Assembly: GCF_009914755.1 (NCBI RefSeq)
Contig: NC_060929.1
Direction: 5' to 3' (one strand)
Length of the DNA stretch: 64,000 bases
DNA from: the human T2T-CHM13v2.0 reference genome, Homo sapiens
Position 1 is the first letter of the stretch, and every line of letters starts with the position of its first letter. Made by a program: the position numbers and the translations under genes. Positions 13,012 to 25,480 of the stretch are shown piece by piece. The notes beneath the pieces are model-generated. The model was not told the DNA's origin. It searched no databases and worked only from the letters and a program-made list of their open reading frames with translations.

Positions 13012-14784
13012 TAAAACGCGAGAAGGTATAAAAGATGGCCCACCAAAATGGTAATTAAACCCTGGAAGGCATATCAGAGACAACTCTCTGCTCTGAACTC
13101 CACCCTACCTGCAGAATTTAGAGCTCCCAGTGTCTCAGGGGTTTCTTCCTGCCTCTGGTACCCTGACCTGTCCCAGTGACTGGGTCCTTGGTACCTCTTT
13201 ACCCTGTGTGACCCCTGCCTCAAAAGTCATAATGGATCAGAGGTGATGGCATACATTTCTTCCTAGTATGTGTGAGGCTTCTTATTCCCAGATGATGTTA
13301 CCTGCACATCTCTTCCCTCCTTCTAAGAAAACCACTAGATACTCTAGAGGAATAAAAGCACCATTCATACTTGGTCTTATTATGGTTGAGTACTTAGTGG
13401 ACTCTCTGTATATTGCCAGGTAGTTACTGGAGGGGTGGTATTGGTTAGAGAAAACTCTATTCAAGAGCCATGAATTCATTTTTCCCCTTTCCTAGATAAC
13501 ACTTTTACTTTAGTTTTTACTCAGCATTTTATATTTTAAGAGACTTCTAAATTTGGCATTCACTTCCTCTATAAAAGTAAAAATGTAAAACTGATAGATA
13601 TCTAACACCATAGATAGCTATTATAAATATGTATAATCAAGTAACCATATGTTCAAGAATCCTGCCCTCTGAGAACATTGACCCATAACTGCAGTTTTAA
13701 ATGTTGTTTTCCTCTTTTAAATTTCTATTTTTAAATGGCAATATTATTAGTGGTTCTGAATGCCAAGAAATGAATGTCTCCATAATTAATGGAAAAAAAT
13801 ACCTTACACATTGACATTGGCAGAGTTAATTTTCAATAACTGAGGAATTGTGGCTAATAAATAATGTTCTAAAATCTAAATATCATCTTTGTTCAATCTT
13901 ATTTTCCTCAATATGCTTTGGCAAAGACAATTATATTACCACAGAAATCATTCAGCAATGCAATGCCAAAAATATGTTACAAGAATGCAATGTGTTTTTG
14001 TTGCTATGTTTCTTTTTTTCTTAATACATATCTCTAAATAGATATATATGGCAAGAAAGTCATTAACTGAGGAAAATCCAAGTCAGCGAAGAGAGAGTTT
14101 ATATGCTAAAAAGTCAAATAATGAAACATTTTTCACTCCACTTAGGTATGTGAGGGACACTCCATGTGCCAGTCATTGTAATAAGTGATGGCAATATTTA
14201 AAAAGCCAGCCTTCTTTCTTATCCTCAAATAAGTGGTAGTCTAGCAGAGTCACTATAAAATAAATATTAATAAAGAATTGAAATAGTAAATCCAATAGCC
14301 TTTAATTGTAACACACACAGAGGAGTGGTACCAAACTCAGGTTTCGTCTGGGAAAATAGGGAGAAATTATGATACCTTGGATTTGAGATGTTAGTGGTTC
14401 CTGAGGTCATGAGTAGCTTTAATGCCTCGGAGAGAAAATGTGGAAAGGCTGTTTTGTGCAATACTATTCAAAGAGGCACTGAGGATTTGGTCTTAACTCT
14501 CTCCCCAGACCACAGGCACAAAAGGCCATAGATTTAATCATAATGACTTCCTGTAGAAGCGTAGTCATAGTGGAATGCCCAATTCTACTATCAACTCCCT
14601 TACACAAGTATTATCTCTGTCTTCCACAATGAATGAAGGACAGAGAACATATTCATTCACTTTCTTTCATCCCTACCAAGACTGCATTATTAAAAACCTG
14701 TTCCTCAGTTCTTTCCTCTTTTTTAGTTATTACTAATGAGAATTATTCAGGTGTACAAATCTGGGAAGAGCATTTGAGACATTT

Positions 14785-14910
14785 TGGGTTCTCTAAGAAG
14801 CAGATGCCAACATGGAATTAGAATTAATTAGAGGTAGTGTCTGTAAAAATGGAAGCAGGAGAAATAGACCAGGAGAGTCTTCAGACCATGATACTGGTCT
14901 GACATCTGTG
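14785..14910 (-). mobile_element. Old ERVL-type LTR fragment (LTR16/LTR33/LTR41 group)
   Basis: GGGTTCTCTAAGAAGCAGATGCCAA...TTCAGACCATGATACTGGTCTGACATCTGTG. Confidence 0.5.
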
Positions 14911-15234
14911 AGTCCCCTTTTAGAATGGAAGTTCTGTAAGTACAGAGAAAGAGCCAAATACAGAGAAAATTTTCAAATTAACCATTTGGTCCCTATAATA
15001 GTAGGGTCTAATGTGCATAAATTAGATTTACTCTTTGTTTTCTGATAATGATTTCTTTCACTGGTCAGGGCCACTTTGGGCAGCTATCTGCCCTTGATAT
15101 GAATAAAATGGCTCCGAATTCCCAGTAGATCAAGTCGGAAAAGGTATAACAAACTACCAAGTTGAAGGGTCATCAATAATTGCCAAGTATATTAGACACA
15201 AAATGTAATCACAGTTTAATCACTTACAATCCAC

Positions 15235-15279
15235 TAGGTTGGTGCAAAAGTAATTGTGGTTTTTGCCACTACTTTTAAT
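15235..15279 (+). mobile_element. MADE1 (Hsmar1 MITE) half element, one TIR plus spacer
   Basis: TAGGTTGGTGCAAAAGTAATTGTGGTTTTTGCCACTACTTTTAAT. The second arm is absent. Confidence 0.88.
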
Positions 15280-16537
15280 TTTCATTTTCCAGTAATTTCT
15301 ATTGATTATATTGTCTTTCTCCAGAAGTTATATTAGCTTAATTACCTCAAGTCATCTACTACAGATATAAGTTAAAAGAAAAGGTCTTTGTGCTTAGGAT
15401 ACTCTCAAGAATACTCTGGTGGGTCTTATAAAAAATAGAATTTGCAAAGCTACCATTTATTTTTATAGGCAAATTTCATCCTCTTCTGCCACTTATTTTT
15501 CAGCATTGCTTGACAATCTTGTTACTTTTCAGACCTGTCCTTAATAATTTAATTCAAACACTTCATCTTCAGGTGTTTGAATTTTTCACCTGGTTGCGGG
15601 TCCCTAATGCCAGAGCATGATACTTGTGAAAATGCTCATCTAGGGAGCTAGGAAAAGTAGCTTGGTTATTAGTGAGTGAAAACATGCAAGACTAACTAAA
15701 TGTGATTCAATTTTACAAAATTTGAAAGAATGAACAAAAATACAAGAGACATATTTTGTGGGGACTAGAGCAGACACCACATCCTTATAGAGCTTACCGT
15801 ATCTTATACTTCTCTGCAACATTGTTCTTAGGAGCATCAGTACATTTTTATTTAGATCCTAATAAGTGTCCCTTTCTTAACTTATTTTCAATTAATGACA
15901 TTTTCCCCTGTCCTGTCTTTATTATAAAGGGAGAATAACTATGCATTCTTATTATACCTCTTTCTGTCTACTGGCTAAGAGTTTATTTTAATAAAATCTG
16001 AGTGTCTGCCACAACCAATGCCCATAAGTGAAACATGAATCTGAAGGGCTCATTCTTCCTAATTCTGCTATTCTTGTGACACATAAGCCATAACAACACT
16101 GACAAATTAGCTACAAATGATTAGATCAGAAGCTGGTGCCCAACTCAAGGGCAAACATGTCTAGGCTGGAAATGAAGAAGGCCACCAATCCTTGAGGAAG
16201 CCTGGCCTAAATTCTGCCTAATAGGGGTGTTCTATATATAATGATGAAAAAACTGCCCAACCAGAGCTTGTCTCTTGGGCCTCTGACAGACAGTCACCAA
16301 AATGTGTTATTGTTCTGTTTCTCAGAATGCCTATAGTATACTTCCATTATGGGAACAGTCAGTTCCAGAATGAGCAATAGTTAAAAGGAGGGCAACACTT
16401 TTCATTTTTTGGTCTTTCACGGTTCTGTGTAACTTTGCAGTAAACTTATCTCAAAGGAATCCTGGGTAAGATTGTTTCTCATAACCCTATAGAGTGTAAC
16501 TAATGTAAAGTACTTACAGATTTATTAACTCTATCTT

Positions 16538-16740
16538 TCAAGGGTCCCAAAGACCCCCAGTTTCAGTGATTCATTAAAAGGACTCAGCCCCAGAATATAG
16601 TCAGAACTATGATTCAGTGCAGGAAAAAAATACAAAGCAAAATTCACAAAAAGAAAAGTTATTTGGAGTGATGTTGAGAAGAAACAAGGCTCACGCTTCC
16701 AAGAGTTCTCTCACAATGGAGCCACAGAAGATATGTGCAC
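16538..16740 (-). mobile_element. LTR fragment, MER77/MER68/MER21 group
   Basis: AGGGTCCCAAAGACCCCCAG...GATTCATTAAAAGGACTCA...TACAAAGCAAAAT...GCTTCCAAGAGTTCTCTC. Confidence 0.65.
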
Positions 16741-19700
16741 AAGCATTTACATTTTGTGTGCTGGGAGGATTTTTTAAAGGGAAGAATGGAAGATCCTTGT
16801 GACCAGATTGGGGTATGACTACAATATGTAAAATAAAAAAGGATATCAGATTTAGCTAGCTGGGTAACTAAGAAATGGTTGCTATTGATTATCCCTGTTG
16901 AATTGTAAGGAAAAAAAAAAAAAACCTTGAATGCCACATTTCCAATCAGACACATTCATAGAAGTTAGTGTCTTGCGTAGTTGGTTAGATTAATTGCACT
17001 AGGTTAACTGCACTAGGATTAATTGCATCAGCAGACAAACAAGAGCTGAACTATATTCTAAAGAAGAATTAAAATGAAACATTATGTTCTAATCTTCATT
17101 AGAACAGAAGCAATGTTAATGGCCTTTGCTGTATCATCTACTCAGCTTGGAAAGCCTCACTTTTTCCATTTGGAGAAAGCCATGGGAGTATGTTTGGGTC
17201 CTAAACTGTCATCCTGAAAGGGATATCATGAAGCCAATGGCACAGCTTCAATCTGGGTTTATGTTTCTTACCTCCACTCTTGTCCTCTGTATTAGAATCC
17301 ACTTCTCACTGGTCACCCCACTCCCAGGTTATTCCACAATGAGCAAGATCTTAACTCTCCTTGTTTTCTTCTGAAACCCACAGAAAAGGTACAATTACAA
17401 TTGCATTGAATACTATTCTTTATCAATTACTATTTTAAATAAACTTAAAAAATTCTAAATAATAAAAAATTAGAATTTTTAATTTGGATTCAGCGGAGAA
17501 TTAAAAACACAACTTATGTTTCATTTTAAGCCAATAAATTAAATGCTGTCTGAACAACTGCCAAGGCTTCTGTTGCTTTCTAAATAAAGAGAAAACTACC
17601 AGCAGAAGAAGATTCTCAGGCTTATCTTTTCATTTACATTTTGGTTCAGAAGTTAAGCAATACCCATAAGAACAACTGAATAACTTCAAGGGTGCTACCT
17701 AAATTTATGCTAACTGGATTTGGATTTATAGTCCTAAATTCTTCCTAACAGGTTTATAATCTTTACTAGTCTTAGAAATGTGTACCTTAGAAAAGCACAC
17801 ATAAGGAGCTTAAAGAGATCTAATTTCATAAAAGAAATCTTAAGTGGCAATGACTAATAACATTCACCGAATCAAAAATAGAAAAAAATCAAAACCTGAT
17901 TTAATTTCATATACCAAATCAGGACAACAATTACACTCCCAGAGTTTTTAAACCATTAAACCAAACAACATACCAAAATAGTGTATTTTTCTTAATAATA
18001 ACCATAGATATCAAGGTAATAAGAGCTATTTTCCATTTTGAAAATTTTCTAGTGAACAAGCAAATAATGAAGTGACTTAAAGGGCAAATTTAAAAAATCT
18101 CTAAGGATACAAGTTCAAGTAATCTAAAGCTTTACAAAACAGTCACTTGAAGTTAAGTGACTTGATCCTTTCACATGGTTAACTGTGAAGTTCTCTCCCT
18201 TTCATTTATTCAACATGTAATTCTTGAGTGCCACATCACAAAATCTAAAATCACATTGAAATAACATACACACTGAATAAAATTAGGCCATGATTTTATT
18301 TTATTTTATTTCCTGTCTCTGTAGAAAATAAGTTTGGAGCAAAAGTAGCAATTTCGTCTTTTAATCAAATATTACGAAACTTTGGAAGAAGAAGAAAGAT
18401 ATGGCAAATAATCAACAAATACAGATGTTAATACTATTAATGGCTTTTCAGTTTTGGAAGTAAACTATTTTACATCTCAGTTTCCTTCCAACTAAAATTC
18501 ATACCAACTCCACAGCTCACATTACACAGGCAAAAAGCATTGTTCACATGCTCTAGACGCCACCTCCTATATAGTTTCCTGGAAAATGCAAGAGAGTGCT
18601 GGGATCTGTTCACTGCCATTGTCCTCACTGCCATAACTCATTGCTGTCACAATGCACCACTGTGGTGCCCTGCGCTTTTCCACTGCACCAAGAATCCAAG
18701 TCCACAAAGAAGAGAAATCTCACTCTCTTGGGTAATAAATTACATCAACTGGAAGTAAATGAAGAAGTAAATGTGGTTTTATAACTATTGCTGGAGTTAT
18801 TTAGTATGTTAAATACACTGATGAAAAGTATATTTTGTTAGAAAGAAACAATATGAAAAATATTGACAGAATGTATCTAGATACCAAGACAGCTTAGACT
18901 TATATGAGATGTTATACACCTAAGAGTGAAAGCCATAGGAAAAGGACAAAAGGAAGAGAACTTAAAGTGACATCATTTATTTTACAAGATCTTTCTTTTA
19001 TAGGTCTCTCTATAGTAAAAATTTGAACTTAGGTGAAAATTTCTCCCCAAATCATTACAGTTATGAAATCTCTTCCCGGTGGATCTCATTCTCTTCCCAA
19101 TCTAGAAGTATACCTTCTTTTACTTTTCTTAGACTTCAGATCTCTTTTAAGCATAGTTGTTTCACATTTTTCAGTATAAAATGACTATCTTTGACCACAC
19201 ACACAAAATTGGAATTAATTTTTCTTTATATGTGTCATTGCTATATGTTCAATTTCTTACAAGCAAATAATCTAATAAGTGTAGTTTGTTTTGTTCCGAA
19301 CATATCTTTAAAACCCTTTAAATTATTTTTACATGCTTTTCTAAAGAGTTAGCTTAATTTTGGCTTTTTCTTTCTCAATTATTACAATTGTATTGTAGCA
19401 CTCCTTGCTCCTTGGCTTTAATTATGTGTTACTCTTCCAATTTGTCTATGTATTACTTCAATTGTAAATTACCAGGGAGTTCTCTGTAGATATTGCAGAT
19501 TCCTTAGATGTCTCAAAATATATTTATCATTACAATATAATTTCCATGTGCAATTAAACTACAGAACTTCCTCTCTGAGACTAACATTTTCTTGGAATTT
19601 CTCCTCTGAAAAATAACTTTTTATTATCTGAAAACTTTTTGAAATATCCTTTTGGATCTTAGACATCCAAAAGGGTATTTCCAAAAAGAATGTGCCTTTG

Positions 19701-20394
19701 TCTTTCGTGTTGCTCTTGTTCCAAGGTTCTGGTTCCTACTACTTCAGCAGCCAACCAGACTTTTCTTACAGATTCAAACTATGCACAGAGTAAGACTTTC
19801 CCTTGTTGCTTCCTTGAAGTGATCCATACAGTCCCCAAGACCTTGATTACATATTAAACCCACACCATGATCGATTGTTCTATACAAAGCACTCTGTAAA
19901 TTACTCAGAGTGGCTTATAAGCAATTAAATAGAAAACAAGATAATTTCTCTATTTAAGATTTGAATTCTTACTCACTATATAAAAAGAAATTTCCTTGGC
20001 TACACTTTTCTGGATATAAATACAAGGAAATTTATTACAGTAAATCATTGTGCATAACTTGATTCATACATGATAGATTTTTAGTGCTGCTACTCTTGCC
20101 TACCTCTGGGTCAAATATTTCCACCTGTCAGCCTGCCCAGTTTGAGCCCCAAGAATGACTCAGTTCTAACTCTTCCTTTATATAGTGCTTGAAATGTCCT
20201 GTATGTTTCCTTTACTATACTGAATCAGAAAGCTTTGATTAAGAACTAGGTCAAACTATATTCTGCTGCAACCTTGGTGGTTTGTTTCAATCACTGATTA
20301 AGCAAATGAGTATCTATTACAAGAAAGGCCCTGTTCTAGGTACTGGTATTGTAACATGAAACAAAAGAAAACAAATTCTCATCCTTAAAAAGTG

Positions 20395-20684
20395 TGCCAG
20401 ATGTGGTGGCTCACAACTCTAATCCCAGCACATTGGGAGGCCGAGGTAAGTGGATCACAAGGTCAGGAGTTCAAGACCAGCCTGGCCAACATAGTGAAAC
20501 CCCATTTCTACTAAAAAAAAAAAAATACAAAATTTAGCTTGGCATAGTGACAGGCACCTGTAATCCCAGCTACTCAGGAGGCTGATGAAGGAGAATTGCT
20601 TGAACCTGGGGGTGGAGCTTGCAATGAGCCGAGATCACATGCCACTACACTCTCTCCTGGGTGACACAGTGAGACTCCGTCTCA
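20395..20684 (+). mobile_element. Alu, AluSg-like
   Basis: Dimeric Alu with GGATCACAAGGTCAGGAGTTCAAGACC. The middle A-run is expanded and the tail is replaced by the GA-rich repeat. Confidence 0.95.
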
Positions 20685-21283
20685 GGAAAGAGAGCGAGAG
20701 AGAGAGAAAGAGACAGAGAGAGAGAGGGAGGGAGGGAGGGAGGGGGAGAGAGAGAGAAAGAAAGAAAGAGCGGGAGAGAGAGAGAGAAAGAAAGAAAGAG
20801 AGAGAGAGAGAAAGAAAGAAAGAGAGAGAGGGAGAGAGAGAGAGAGAAAGAGAAAGAAAAGAAAGAAAGAGAGAGAGGGAGAGAGAGAAAGAAAGAAAGA
20901 GAGAGAGGGAGAGAGAGAGAGAAAGAAAGAAAGAGAGAGAGGGAGAGAGAGAAAAAGAAAGAAAGAGAGAGAGGGAGAGAGAGAGAAAGAAAGAAAGAAA
21001 GAAAGAGAGAGAGGGAGAGAGAGAAAGAAAGAAAGAGAGAGAGGGAGAGAGAGAGAAAGAAAGAAAGAGAGAGGGAGGGAGAGAGAGAGAAAGAAAGAAA
21101 GAGAGAGAGGGAGAGAGAGAGAAATAAAGAAAGAGAGAGAGGGAGAGAGAGAGAAAGAAAGAGAGAGGGGGAAGGAGAGAGAGAGAGAAAGAAAGAAAGA
21201 GAGAGAGGGAGAGAGAGAGAGAAAGAAAGAAAGAAAGAGAGAGAGGGAGAGAGAGGAAGGAAGGAAGGAAGGAAGGGAGGAAA
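20685..21283. repeat. Polypurine minisatellite: ~15 units of GGGA(GA)4-5(GAAA)3(GA)4 (~30-34 bp), ending in (GGAA)n
   Basis: About 600 nt of A/G with only four pyrimidines (near 20695, 20714, 20771 and 21125). Confidence 0.97.
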
Positions 21284-24200
21284 GAACTATTGAGTGGATA
21301 AAAAAGACACAAATAAGATAAATAGTTAATACACAATATGTTACAAGGTAATGAGTGCTATAAAGAAAAATAAAGCATGAGGAGAAATATGACTCTAAAC
21401 AATATTACTCTAGTGGTTCTGTTGGAAATAGATCAAAGGGAGCAAACAAAGCAACATAACTAATTTGGCACCATTGCAATAGAATGTGTAGGAAAAGAGG
21501 TAACAGTAGTTTGGGCAGGGCATCAACTCTAGAGATTGGGAGACAAAGACTTTGGATATAATTTGAAGGTAGAGTAACAGATTTTTCTGATGGATAAAGT
21601 ATGACATATGACTGACCAAAAAGAGTAAAGGATGCTTCCAAAGATTTTAGTCAAAGCAAATAGAGGAAGAAAGGTGCCTGTTATGGAGGGATAGGGTTTT
21701 GTGGGTGGTGGTGAGATTACAAGCTTGATTTTTAAAATGTCAAGTTAGGAATGTCCATTAGATATCCAACAGGAGATATTTGGAAAGTTAATTGATTACA
21801 TGAGTCTAGAGTTGAAAGGGGAGGTAAGATGTAGATATACATGCTGGGTCAATTAGCTTGTATACAGATATTAAAGCCTTAAGACTTGAGATTTCCCAAG
21901 AGAGGGAATCAGTAGAAAAAAAAATAAAGAAGTAAAGGACTGTATGTTGGGACAGTTCAATATTAAGAGATTAGAGAGATGAGAAAAAAAATCTATAAAG
22001 AAGATCAAAAAGTAGCAGCCAAAAAAGTAAGAAGAGAAGCAGAGCAATGTGGTATCTGCATAATAAAACAATTTCAAGGAGAAATAATAGCAAGAAAAGA
22101 AAGAAAGTCATCAGAAGTTCCTAGTATATCCGTGTGGCTAAATTAAGTTACCTGGTTGGTGATCACAAACTTAGTAAATTATTGTTCCCTCACGATTAAA
22201 AAAAACCAAATTATGTAAAAGGAATCTCCATTTCATAAATATTTCTATTCATTATTTTCCAGGATCTAAAGGGCAAATCTCAGCATACTTTGGGGCTGTG
22301 GCTTGAGGATGGTGTTACTTTTCCTGAAAGTCTCATTTAAATACTTCTGTTTGTGCCAAGTGGAGAAAATTCCTCTTTGAGTGTCAATTGGCCAATATTT
22401 TTTGAAGATCTTTGGGAACCACATGCAATTTCAATTTTCAGGAAACTTTATGGATAATAAGCTTATTTTCCATGAATCTAAGTCATAGAATCCCAGCTTT
22501 CCTGGCCTTCGTTTCTGGCCTTTGCAATTAAACCTCAAGCCATTGGCTCAATGTTGCTTTTGAGAAGAATCCATAGTCTAGCTTTCCAAAACCATTCTCC
22601 TTTAACATTCTGTTTAGTAAGTGTCTTTAGGCAAATTACTTGTCATTTAGCTTACGTTTATGACTCATAAACAAGAGTTAAAATAATAACCAGCTGGAGG
22701 CCTTTTTTAATATTTATTTTGAATATGATAACATCATTAAGAGCCATTCATTCTTTTAAAGAGCAGTCATTTTCATCTCTTTTCACTTATGTCAGAAACT
22801 CCCCACCAAAATTAATCAAATGTTTACATGAACACTAAATTTTCTTCAGGGTCTGAACTAGAAAATAACTATAAAAATTAATGTACTTAATTTTTAACCT
22901 GCCAGGGTAATACTGACAGATTTTTACATAAAATATTCCCAGATTAGCAAGCAACTCTACCCTGTCATCATATGTTCCAAAATGCGTTATCTATGACCCT
23001 GGTTCTCCTCCCAGCAAAGTCATCATTTTAAAATGCTTTGCATTTTTTCTTTTTGAATTTGCTAGAAGTTTCTCAAACATTTTTGCAAGCATTCATCCAA
23101 GTATTGGCAAAATTTCTGTCAAAGGTCAATTTGAATGTCAGAATTTTAGTTGTGAAATACTCCTTGTTTTACATCTCAACATTAAACCAATGAAATATAA
23201 AAAAGTTAAATGTACTCTTACTTATAAAGGCTGCTCAAACTTATGTTTTCTCATGGTAATTTTTTTAACTCCTGCATGGTATTACTCCACAAATTATCAT
23301 TGGCATTGCTGTGTAAATGTTTTACTTTCACTTAATAGCAATCAACAAATTATCGAGACACTAAAGCTAACCCAAAGAATCCAAATTTTGTGTACAAGAC
23401 TTTTCTAAAAATAATTGGAAATCTCTAGATTTTACACATCTATATATTTAAAGTTTTATTTTAATATGACGGCAAAAATGCCTAATTAGCTTCACTTTCT
23501 TAGATAAAATCAAACTTGAAACAATACATCTGCAGTGTCTCCTAGAGTTCCTTGGGAGACATATTTCTCATTCATGATTTTCAAATCAAGAATACAAAGC
23601 ATGCATACGGTTACATCAAAATGGCAATTAATTTTAAATCCTGTCTGATGCCATAAATATATATATAGTTGAGAAACATTAGTTTTCTTTTTCCAGTGAG
23701 GAAGGTATATGTCGTAGGTTAAAAAACAACAAAATCACGCAATTTCGGAACTTTAAGCATCACTCTTCTCTGTGCAGAAGGTAAAAACTTGAACTATCAA
23801 TTGTTTGGGAAAATCTAAGTGATAAAAAAAAAGAGTTTGGCTGGGGTGCAGGCAGATCTGCAGCAATCTGGGCCATGTGTTCTTTGCAGAAACGTTTCTT
23901 GTATAACATTTTTCCTCCCTATACGTGTACATTAGTGTTTGTTTTCAGACAGTTGTATGTATGTATTCTTGATCAAGAAGTTACAGGGTATCAGAAGCAG
24001 AGAAAAAATAGACTACAGGAAAGGCCTGTTAGCCTGATTTTCTACTCAAGAATGTGTTGCTCTGCCCTGGTGATAGCTCACATGTGATTGTATTTAAGAC
24101 TGAATAACTCAGACTTCAGTGGATATTCTAATACTAGATTATTGTATTGAAAGAATAAGACCAGACCACATCCCTGGAGGTAGAAGTGAGATTTTAAATA

Positions 24201-24949
24201 AGAAGATTGGATATTCCGGACTACTAGAAATTTAATGACAAAAATGGAAATGAAGTTGTAGACCCTTCACTGGAAGTGCCAGAGAAATGAATTGGTCTTT
24301 CAGGATCATGGCAGCAGTTTTGAATGGAGATATTAAAACACTGCTGCAGGGTAAACTCGCTTTTATCAAGTGACATCAGGCTAGCAAGTAGCCTGAGGAA
24401 CACCTTAGGAAGGCTTCTGAAATTTTGGATTATAGCTGGTGGTGTCTGCTTGTAAGTCACATTTAGGAGTCAAAGTATATTTGTACCCCACTTGTCTTCT
24501 ATAACTCCCAGTCTTTCTGTATTTGATTAAAAGTTACAGCCTATTTTCACATATCTTTTTGAGTCAATGAGAAAAACTGTGTGCCAATTTTGGGGAGAAA
24601 TGTTACTTGCAGGAGAGAGGGGCAGTGGGTTGAGAGGAATACACCTTGAGATGGCAGCAGGTAACCAGCAATGGAGAGAGCAGTAACCATTGAAAATAGC
24701 AGAGCAGTGGTCCATGCCTGGATGACATGGTCATCGACTACAGGACTAAACTGTGGGGCATGAAGAATTCCTGGGAAACTCTCTGCAACACTGAAGGAAG
24801 GAAACAAGCTAAAAGTCTAGCTGTCATGCATTCAAGTATGGAATAAGGACTTCAGCTAATTTGATTTGGACATGTGTTCAGTATAATACTTGCAATTAAA
24901 TAATTCTACTGAAGTTTTCATTATTGACCTTTGTTTTTATGCTCACACA

Positions 24950-25012
24950 GTGGACCTGAGACTGCTATCCTTAGAATGCCTTGCTTGCAAGTTTGCCCCT
25001 TGGCTGGCATGT
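24950..25012 (+). mobile_element. Short MER68/MER77-type LTR 5' fragment
   Basis: CCTGAGACTGCTATCCTTAGAATGCCTTGCTTGCAAGTTTGCCCCTTGGCTGGCAT. Confidence 0.6.
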
Positions 25013-25114
25013 GTAATTATGGGAGCACAGGGCACAGGACCACAGGGTTGATGCCCAGGTTTCAGTAAAAAAAATGGCACTACCTTGGCATTATGGGTTG
25101 GCATCCCAAGTTTA

Positions 25115-25350
25115 TTGATTCATTTATTTCTTCATTAAATAAATATGTATTAAGCCTCTCCAGTCTGTCAGACACTGGTATAGGCACTGGGGATAGTGCC
25201 CAACACTAGATCAAGTCTTGTCTAACAAAATTTAGAAAATAAAGAATATTTTAAAAATATATAATGTCTGGTAGCAATAAGGGTTATGAACAAAATGAAA
25301 ACAAGGTAAGAGAAAGAATGGAGTATAGGAAAGTTGAGTGGTCAGAGGAG
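25115..25350 (-). mobile_element. L2 3' end
   Basis: TTCATTAAATAAATATGTATTAAGCCTCT...GTCAGACACTGGTATAGGCACTGGGGATAG. Confidence 0.65.
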
Positions 25351-25409
25351 ACAGCACCTGGAAGGGAACTAATGTTCTCAAAAAGGGCATTTATAACACT
25401 GACAGCTTC

Positions 25410-25480
25410 CTTCAAGTGTTTTGTGAGCATTGAACTTCTATGCTTCAAGTGTTTTGTGAGCACTGAACTCCTCTTCTATG
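25410..25480. repeat. Tandem duplication (33-bp and 38-bp copies)
   Basis: CTTCAAGTGTTTTGTGAGCATTGAACTTCTATG followed by CTTCAAGTGTTTTGTGAGCACTGAACTCCTCTTCTATG. Confidence 0.9.

Larger units (their letters stand above)
20285..22085 (-). mobile_element. L2 LINE 3' portion, interrupted by an Alu and a purine VNTR
   Basis: Antisense L2 tail at 20285-20390 (CTGTTCTAGGTACTGG). The L2 body resumes at ~21290 (AGTGCTATAAGAAAAATAAAGCA; AGTAAAGGATGCTTCCAAAGATTTT; ATGTCCATTAGATATCCAA). Confidence 0.75.

Noticed and set aside
15235-15320. MADE1-derived miR-548-type hairpin
   Set aside because: Only one inverted-repeat arm is present, so no hairpin can form.
18551-18590. CTCF-like GCCACCTCCT and GAS-like TTCCTGGAA
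   Set aside because: The CTCF match lacks the conserved CC positions, and single short motifs are expected by chance.
20585-21336. The two longest ORFs (180 aa ER/K-rich on +, 233 aa SL/F-rich on -)
   Set aside because: They are by-products of the almost stop-free purine repeat plus Alu sequence. Low complexity and no gene context.
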